Below, piece after piece: positions 54,741 through 64,000 of a DNA stretch of 64,000 nt. The position numbers and the translations under genes are program-made. Position 1 is the stretch's first letter. Every line of letters starts with the position of its first letter. The notes under the pieces are model-generated. The model worked only from the letters and a program-made list of their open reading frames with translations, was not told the DNA's origin and made no database searches. The stretch is from Auanema rhodensis (Eukaryota > Animalia > Nematoda): the NCBI GenBank assembly GCA_964057225.1, contig OZ059898.1, positions 19,654,001 through 19,718,000 on the forward strand, written 5' to 3'.

Positions 54741-57700
54741 AAATGCACCGAGACATCAACTGATATAAGTTCACACTTATATCCTCGATTTTCACCCTGA
54801 AGAAATAATTTTTTCGTTGAATAACATTGTCCATCGTCTTTGCCTTGAAAAAAAAAATCTAAAAACATCTACTTTTTGCTAAATTATTTTGAAATTTTTC
54901 GAAAAAATTTTTGTCAAAATGTTTTTGGAAGCAATGTTGAGTGTACATGGAAACTCAACATACACTAATGCATCATTTTTCAAACAATCATAACTAATTT
55001 TTGTATTAACGTTTCTCAATGTAGAATAGTGCATTCGATGCAGTTTTGTAAGCTGCGTCGATCTGTTTGATCAGATTTGGGCTAGCTTAAAAATGCACCG
55101 AGATATCAACTGATATAAGTTCACACTTATATCCTCGATTTTCACCCTGAAGAATTAATTTTTTCGTTGAATAACATTAGCCATCGTCTTTGCCTTATAA
55201 AAAGGAATCTAAAAACATTTACTTTTTGCTAAATTATTTTGAAATTTTTCGAAAAAATTTTTGTCAAAATGTTTTTGGAAGCAATGTTGAGTGTACATGG
55301 AAACTCAACATACACTAATGCATTATTTTTCAAACGATCATAACTAATTTTTGTATTAAGCGTTTCTCAATGTAGTATAGTGCATTCGATGCGGATTTTT
55401 AAGCTGCGTCGATCTGTGTTATCAGATTTGCGCTAGCTTAAAAATGCACCGAGACATCAACTGATATAAGTTCACACTTATATCCTCGATTTTCACCCTG
55501 AAGAAATAATTTTTTCGTTGAATAACATTGTCCATCGTCTTTGCCTTGAAAAAAAAAATCTAAAAACATCTACTTTTTGCTAAATTATTTTGGAATTTTT
55601 CGAAAAAATTTTTGTCAAAATGTTTTTGGAAGCAATGTTGAGTGTACATGGAAACTCAACATACACTAATGCATCATTTTTCAAACAATCATAACTAATT
55701 TTTGTATTAAGCGTTTCTCAATGTAGAATAGTGCATTCGATGCAGTTTTGTAAGCTGCGTCGATCTGTTTGATCAGATTTGGGCTAGCTTAAAAATGCAC
55801 CGAGATATCAACTGATATAAGTTCACACTTATATCCTCGATTTTCACCCTGAAGAATTAGTTTTTTCGTTGAATAACATTGTCCATCGTCTTTGCCTTGA
55901 AAAAAGGAATCTAAAAACATCTACTTTTTGCTAAATTATTTTGAAGTTTTTCGAAAAAATTTTTGTCAAAATGTTTTTGGAAGCAATGTTGAGTGTACAT
56001 GGAAACTCAACATACACTAATGCATCATTTTTCAAACGATCATAACTAATTTCTGTATTAAACGTTTCTCAATGTAGTATAGTGCATTCGATGCGGATTT
56101 TTAAGCTGCGTCGATCTGTGTTATCAGATTTGCGCTAGCTTAAAAATGCACCGAGACATCAACTGATATAAGTTCACACTTATATCCTCGATTTTCACCC
56201 TGAAGAATTGATTTTTTCGTTGAATAACATTGTCCATCGTCTTTGCCTTGAAAAACGAAATCTGAAAACTTCTACTTTTTGCTAAATTATTTTGAAATTT
56301 TTCGAAAAAATTTTTGTCAAAATGTTTTTGGAAGCAATGTTGAGTGTACATGGAAACTCAACATACACTAATGCATCATTTTTCAAACGATCACAACTAA
56401 TTTTTGTATAAAGCGTTTCTCAATGTCGTATAGTGCATTCGATGCAGATTTGTAAGCTGCGTCGATCTGTGTTATCAGATTTGCGCTAGCTTAAAAATGC
56501 ACCGAGATATCAACTGATATAAGTTCACACTTATATCCTCGATTTTCACCCTGAAGAATTGATTTTTTCGTTGAATAACATTGTCCATCGTCTTTGCCTT
56601 GAAAAACGAAATCTGAAAACTTCTACTTTTTGCTAAATTATTTTGAAATTTTTCGAAAAAATTTTTGTCAAAATGTTTTTGGAAGCAATGTTGAGTGTAC
56701 ATGGAAACTCAACATACACTAATGCATCATTTTTCAAACGATCACAACTAATTTTTGTATTAACGTTTCTCAATGTAGAATAGTGCATTCGATGCAGTTT
56801 TGTAAGCTGCGTCGATCTGTTTGATCAGATTTGGGCTAGCTTAAAAATGCACCGAGATATCAACTGATATAAGTTCACACTTATATCCTCGATTTTCACC
56901 CTGAAGAATTAATTTTTTCGTTGAATAACATTGTCCATCGTCTTTGCCTTGAAAAAAGGAATCTAAAAACATCTACTTTTTGCTAAATTATTTTGAAATT
57001 TTTCGAAAAAATTTTTGTCAAAATGTTTTTGGAAGCAATGTTGAGTGTACATGGAAACTCAACATACACTAATGCATCATTTTTCAAACGATCATAACTA
57101 ATTTCTGTATTAAACGTTTCTCAATGTATAGTGCATTCGATGCGAATTTTTAAGCTGCGTCGATCTGTGTTATCAGATTTGCGCTAGCTTAAAAATGCAC
57201 CGAGACATCAACTGATATAAGTTCACACTTATATCCTCGATTTTCACCCTGAAGAATTAATTTTTTCGTTGAATAACGTTGTCCATCGTCTTTGCCTTGA
57301 AAAAAGGAATCTAAAAACATCTACTTTTTGCTAAATTATTTCGAAATTTTTCGAAAAAATTTTTGTCAAAATGTTTTTGGAAGCAATGTTGAGTGTACAT
57401 GGAAACTCAACATACACTAATGCATCATTTTTCAAACGATCATAACTAATTTTTGTATTAAGCGTTTTTCAATGTAGTATAGTGCATTCGATGCGGATTT
57501 TTAAGCTGCGTCGATCTGTGTTATCAGATTTGCGCTAGCTTAAAAATGCACCGAGACATCAACTGATATAAGTTCACACTTATATCCTCGATTTTCACCC
57601 TGAAGAATTTATTTTTTCGTTGAATAACATTGTCCATCGTCTTTGCCTTAAAAAAAGGAATCTAAAAACATCTACTTTTTGCTAAATTATTCTGAAATTT

Positions 57701-60700
57701 TTCGAAAAAATTTTTGTCAAAATGTTTTTGGAAGCAATGTTGAGTGTACATGGAAACTCAACATACACTAATGCATCATTTTTCAAACGATCATAACTAA
57801 TTTCTGTATTAAACGTTTCTCAATGTAGTATAGTGCATTCGATGCGGATTTTTAAGCTGCGTCGATCTGTGTTATCAGATTTGCGCTAGCTTAAAAATGC
57901 ACCGAGACATCAACTGATATAAGTTCACACTTATATCCTCGATTTTCACCCTGAAGAATTGATTTTTTCGTTGAATAACATTGTCCATCGTCTTTGCCTT
58001 GAAAAACGAAATCTGAAAACTTCTACTTTTTGCTAAATTATTTTGAAATTTTTCGAAAAAATTTTTGTCAAAATGTTTTTGGAAGCAATGTTGAGTGTAC
58101 ATGGAAACTCAACATACACTAATGCATCATTTTTCAAACGATCACAACTAATTTTTGTATAAAGCGTTTCTCAATGTCGTATAGTGCATTCGATGCAGAT
58201 TTGTAAACTGCGTCGATCTGTGTTATCAGATTTGCGCTAGCTTAAAAATGCACCGAGATATCAACTGATATAAGTTCACACTTATATCCTCGATTTTCAC
58301 CCTGAAGAATTGATTTTTTCGTTGAATAACATTGTCCATCGTCTTTGCCTTGAAAAACGAAATCTGAAAACTTCTACTTTTTGCTAAATTATTTTGAAAT
58401 TTTTCGAAAAAATTTTTGTCAAAATGTTTTTGGAAGCAATGTTGAGTGTACATGGAAACTCAACATACACTAATGCATTATTTTTCAAACGATCATAACT
58501 AATTTTTGTATTAAGCGTTTCTCAATGTAGTATAGTGCATTCGATGCGGATTTTTAAGCTGCGTCGATCTGTGTTATCAGATTTGCGCTAGCTTAAAAAT
58601 GCACCGAGACATCAACTGATATAAGTTCACACTTATATCCTCGATTTTCACCCTGAAGAAATAATTTTTTCGTTGAATAACATTGTCCATCGTCTTTGCC
58701 TTGAAAAAAAAAATCTAAAAACATCTACTTTTTGCTAAATTATTTTGAAATTTTTCGAAAAAATTTTTGTCAAAATGTTTTTGGAAGCAATGTTGAGTGT
58801 ACATGGAAACTCAACATACACTAATGCATCATTTTTCAAACAATCATAACTAATTTTTGTATTAAGCGTTTCTCAATGTAGAATAGTGCATTCGATGCAG
58901 TTTTGTAAGCTGCGTCGATCTGTTTGATCAGATTTGGGCTAGCTTAAAAATGCACCGAGATATCAACTGATACAAGTTCACACTTATATCCTCGATTTTC
59001 ACCCAGAAGAATTAATTTTTTCGTTGAATAACATTGTCCATCGTCTTTGCCTTGAAAAAAGAAATCTAAAAACATTTACTTTTTGCTAAATTATTTTGAA
59101 ATTTTTCGAAAAAATTTTTGTCAAAATGTTTTTGGAAGCAATGTTGAGTGTACATGGAAACTCAACATACACTATTGCATCATTTTTCAAACGATCATAA
59201 CTAATTTTTGTATTAAGCGTTTCTCAATGTAGTATAGTGCATTCGATGCGGATTTTTAAGCTGCGTCGATCTGTGTTATCAGATTTGCGCTAGCTTAAAA
59301 ATGCACCGAGACATCAACTGATATAAGTTCACACTTATATCCTCGATTTTCACCCTGAAGAATTAATTTTTTCGTTGAATAACGTTGTCCATCGTCTTTG
59401 CCTTGAAAAAAGGAATCTAAAAACATCTACTTTCTGCTAAATTATTTCGAAATTTTTCGAAAAAATTTTTGTCAAAATGTTTTTGGAAGCAATGTTGAGT
59501 GTACATGGAAACTCAACATACACTAATGCATTATTTTTCAAACGATCATAACTAATTTTTGTATTAAGCGTTTCTCAATGTAGTATAGTGCATTCGATGC
59601 GAATTTTTAAGCTGCGTCGATCTGTGTTATCAGATTTGCGCTAGCTTAAAAATGCACCGAGACATCAACTGATATAAGTTCACACTTATATCCTCGATTT
59701 TCACCCTGAAGAATTAATTTTTTCGTTGAATAACGTTGTCCATCGTCTTTGCCTTGAAAAAAGGAATCTAAAAACATCTACTTTTTGCTAAATTATTTCG
59801 AAATTTTTCGAAAAAATTTTTGTCAAAATGTTTTTGGAAGCAATGTTGAGTGTACATGGAAACTCAACATACACTAATGCATCATTTTTCAAACGATCAC
59901 AACTAATTTTTGTATAAAGCGTTTCTCAATGTCGTATAGTGCATTCGATGCAGATTTGTAAGCTGCGTCGATCTGTGTTATCAGATTTGCGCTAGCTTAA
60001 AAATGCACCGAGATATCAACTGATATAAGTTCACACTTATATCCTCGATTTTCACCCTGAAGAATTAATTTTTTCGTTGAATAACATTAGCCATCGTCTT
60101 TGCCTTATAAAAAGGAATCTAAAAACATTTACTTTTTGCTAAATTATTTTGAAATTTTTCGAAAAAATTTTTGTCAAAATGTTTTTGGAAGCAATGTTGA
60201 GTGTACATGGAAACTCAACATACACTAATGCATTATTTTTCAAACGATCATAACTAATTTTTGTATTAAGCGTTTCTCAATGTAGTATAGTGCATTCGAT
60301 GCGGATTTTTAAGCTGCGTCGATCTGTGTTATCAGATTTGCGCTAGCTTAAAAATGCACCGAGACATCAACTGATATAAGTTCACACTTATATCCTCGAT
60401 TTTCACCCTGAAGAAATAATTTTTTCGTTGAATAACATTGTCCATCGTCTTTGCCTTGAAAAAAAAAATCTAAAAACATCTACTTTTTGCTAAATTATTT
60501 TGAAATTTTTCGAAAAAATTTTTGTCAAAATGTTTTTGGAAGCAATGTTGAGTGTACATGGAAACTCAACATACACTAATGCATCATTTTTCAAACGATC
60601 ATAACTAATTTTTGTATTAAGCGTTTATCAATGTAGTATAGTGCATTCGATGCGGATTTTTAAGCTGCGTCGATCTGTGTTATCAGATTTGCGCTAGCTT

Positions 60701-60702
60701 AA

Positions 60703-63700
60703 AAATGCACCGAGATATCAACTGATACAAGTTCACACTTATATCCTCGATTTTCACCCTGAAGAATTAATTTTTTCGTTGAATAACATTAGCCATCGTC
60801 TTTGCCTTATAAAAAGGAATCTAAAAACATTTACTTTTTGCTAAATTATTTTGAAATTTTTCGAAAAAATTTTTGTCAAAATGTTTTTGGAAGCAATGTT
60901 GAGTGTACATGGAAACTCAACATACACTAATGCATCATTTTTCAAACGATCATAACTAATTTTTGTATTAAGCGTTTTTCAATGTAGTATAGTGCATTCG
61001 ATGCGGATTTTTAAGCTGCGTCGATCTGTGTTATCAGATTTGCGCTAGCTTAAAAATGCACCGAGATATCAACTGATACAAGTTCACACTTATATCCTCG
61101 ATTTTCACCCTGAAGAAATAATTTTTTCGTTGAATAACATTGTCCATCGTCTTTGCCTTGAAAAAAAAAATCTAAAAACATCTACTTTTTGCTAAATTAT
61201 TTTGAAATTTTTCGAAAAAATTTTTGTCAAAATGTTTTTGGAAGCAATGTTGAGTGTACATGGAAACTCAACATACACTAATGCATCATTTTTCAAACAA
61301 TCATAACTAATTTTTGTATTAAGCGTTTCTCAATGTAGAATAGTGCATTCGATGCAGTTTTGTAAGCTGCGTCGATCTGTTTGATCAGATTTGGGCTAGC
61401 TTAAAAATGCACCGAGATATCAACTGATACAAGTTCACACTTATATCCTCGATTTTCACCCTGAAGAAATAATTTTTTCGTTGAATAACATTGTCCATCG
61501 TCTTTGCCTTGAAAAAAAAAATCTAAAAACATCTACTTTTTGCTAAATTATTTTGAAATTTTTCGAAAAAATTTTTGTCAAAATGTTTTTGGAAGCAATG
61601 TTGAGTGTACATGGAAACTCAACATACACTAATGCATCATTTTTCAAACAATCATAACTAATTTTTGTATTAAGAGTTTCTCAATGTAGTATAGTGCATT
61701 CGATGCGGATTTTTAAGCTGCGTCGATCTGTGTTATCAGATTTGCGCTAGCTTAAAAATGCACCGAGACATCAACTGATACAAGTTCACACTTATATCCT
61801 CGATTTTCACCCAAAAGAATTAATTTTTTCGTTGAATAACATCGTCCATCGTCTTTGCCTTGAAAAAAGAAATCTAAAAACATTTACTTCTTGCTAAATT
61901 ATTTTGAAATTTTTCGAAAAAATTTTTGTCAAAATGTTTTTGGAAGCAATGTTGAGTGTACATGGAAACTCAACATACACTATTGCATCATTTTTCAAAC
62001 GATCATAACTAATTTTTGTATTAAGCGTTTCTCAATGTAGTATAGTGCATTCGATGCGGATTTTTAAGCTGCGTCGATCTGTGTTATCAGATTTGCGCTA
62101 GCTTAAAAATGCACCGAGATATCAACTGATACAAGTTCACACATATATCCTCGATTTTCACCCTGAAGAAATAATTTTTTCGTTGAATAACATTGTCCAT
62201 CGTCTTTGCCTTGAAAAAAAAAATCTAAAAACATCTACTTTTTGCTAAATTATTTTGAAATTTTTCGAAAAAATTTTTGTCAAAATGTTTTTGGAAGCAA
62301 TGTTGAGTGTACATGGAAACTCAACATACACTAATGCATCATTTTTCAAACAATCATAACTAATTTTTGTATTAAGCGTTTCTCAATGTAGAATAGTGCA
62401 TTCGATGCGGATTTTTAAGCTGCGTCGATCTGTGTTATCAGATTTGCGCTAGCTTAAAAATGCACCGAGATATCAACTGATACAAGTTCACACTTATATC
62501 CTCGATTTTCACCCAAAAGAATTAATTTTTTCGTTGAATAACATTGTCCATCGTCTTTGCCTTGAAAAAAGAAATCTAAAAACATTTACTTCTTGCTAAA
62601 TTATTTTGAAATTTTTCGAAAAAATTTTTGTCAAAATGTTTTTGGAAGCAATGTTGAGTGTACATGGAAACTCAACATACACTAATGCATCATTTTTCAA
62701 ACAATCATAACTAATTTTTGTATTAAGCGTTTCTCAATGTAGAATAGTGCATTCGATGCGGATTTTTAAGCTGCGTCGATCTGTGTTATCAGATTTGCGC
62801 TAGCTTAAAAATGCACCGAGATATCAACTGATACAAGTTCACACTTATATCCTCGATTTTCACCCAAAAGAATTAATTTTTTCGTTGAATAACATTGTCC
62901 ATCGTCTTTGCCTTGAAAAAAGAAATCTAAAAACATTTACTTCTTGCTAAATTATTTTGAAATTTTTCGAAAAAATTTTTGTCAAAATGTTTTTGGAAGC
63001 AATGTTGAGTGTACATGGAAACTCAACATACACTAATGCATCATTTTTCAAACAATCATAACTAATTTTTGTATTAAGCGTTTCTCAATGTAGAATAGTG
63101 CATTCGATGCGGATTTTTAAGCTGCGTCGATCTGTGTTATCAGATTTGCGCTAGCTTAAAAATGCACCGAGATATCAACTGATACAAGTTCACACTTATA
63201 TCCTCGATTTTCACCCAAAAGAATTAATTTTTTCGTTGAATAACATTGTCCATCGTCTTTGCCTTGAAAAAAGAAATCTAAAAACATTTACTTCTTGCTA
63301 AATTATTTTGAAATTTTTCGAAAAAATTTTTGTCAAAATGTTTTTGGAAGCAATGTTGAGTGTACATGGAAACTCAACATACACTATTGCATCATTTTTC
63401 AAACGATCATAACTAATTTTTGTATTAAGCGTTTTTCAATGTAGTATAGTGCATTCGATGCGGATTTTTAAGCTGCGTCGATCTGTGTTATCAGATTTGC
63501 GCTAGCTTAAAAATGCACCGAGATATCAACTGATACAAGTTCACACTTATATCCTCGATTTTCACCCTGAAGAAATAATTTTTTCGTTGAATAACATTGT
63601 CCATCGTCTTTGCCTTGAAAAAAAAAATCTAAAAACATCTACTTTTTGCTAAATTATTTTGAAATTTTTCGAAAAAATTTTTGTCAAAATGTTTTTGGAA

Positions 63701-64000
63701 GCAATGTTGAGTGTACATGGAAACTCAACATACACTAATGCATCATTTTTCAAACAATCATAACTAATTTTTGTATTAAGCGTTTCTCAATGTAGTATAG
63801 TGCATTCGATGCGGATTTTTAAGCTGCGTCGATCTGTGTTATCAGATTTGCGCTAGCTTAAAAATGCACCGAGACATCAACTGATACAAGTTCACACTTA
63901 TATCCTCGATTTTCACCCAAAAGAATTAATTTTTTCGTTGAATAACATTGTCCATCGTCTTTGCCTTGAAAAAAGAAATCTAAAAACATTTACTTCATGC
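60703..64000. repeat. Right-end variant domain (GATACAAG in every monomer; ACCCAAAAG, TACTTCTT)
   Basis: All monomers from 60703 carry GATACAAG. ACCCAAAAG appears only from ~61810. There are no type-A monomers after 58.6 kb. Confidence 0.85.

Larger units (their letters stand above)
1..64000. repeat. Satellite DNA array, 351-bp AT-rich monomer, 182 full copies + partial, head-to-tail
   Basis: Anchor AAATGCACCGAGA recurs at 1, 352, 702, 1052, 1403, 1753, 2104 ... 4561 ... 11581 ... 63862. All spacings between the identical 75-aa ORFs are multiples of 351 minus 0-4 bp. Consensus is about 110/351 G+C. The array runs off both window ends. Confidence 0.99.

Noticed and set aside
17176-58453. 23 near-identical 75-aa minus-strand ORFs as a multicopy gene family
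   Set aside because: Each lies at a fixed position within a satellite monomer variant, most monomers have stops in this frame, composition reflects A/T tracts, and there is no recognisable domain or gene context.
1-64000. CRISPR array or other repeat-spacer cassette system
   Set aside because: There are no unique spacers: the full 351 bp repeats and differences are point variants. No cas, integrase or recombinase genes are present.
1-64000. Hidden transposon insertion or inversion
   Set aside because: Length bookkeeping closes exactly (182 x 351 minus 21 bp of identified deletions), leaving no room for an insertion, and all monomers read in the same orientation.

Overview
The whole 64-kb window is one uninterrupted, head-to-tail tandem array of an AT-rich 351-bp satellite monomer (~31% GC by hand count). 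It holds 182 complete monomers plus a 139-bp partial copy, all in one orientation. I see no transposon insertion, inversion, unique sequence, RNA gene, CRISPR array or credible protein-coding gene; the listed ORFs come from particular monomer variants. This looks like eukaryotic heterochromatic or (peri)centromeric satellite DNA, but I cannot assign the family or species from sequence alone. The informative structure lies at two scales. (1) Within the monomer there are four dyad-symmetry elements, arranged as two pairs about half a monomer (~175 bp) apart, and a nearly invariant central block. (2) Across the array, diagnostic SNPs define local variant domains, short nascent higher-order repeats (2-, 3-, 5- and 7-mers), chimeric monomers and three imperfect 9-14-kb block copies. 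I do not find a new gene-based biological system here. Monomers are numbered M1 (pos 1) to M183 (pos 63862), each starting at AAATGCACC; variant types were read by eye.
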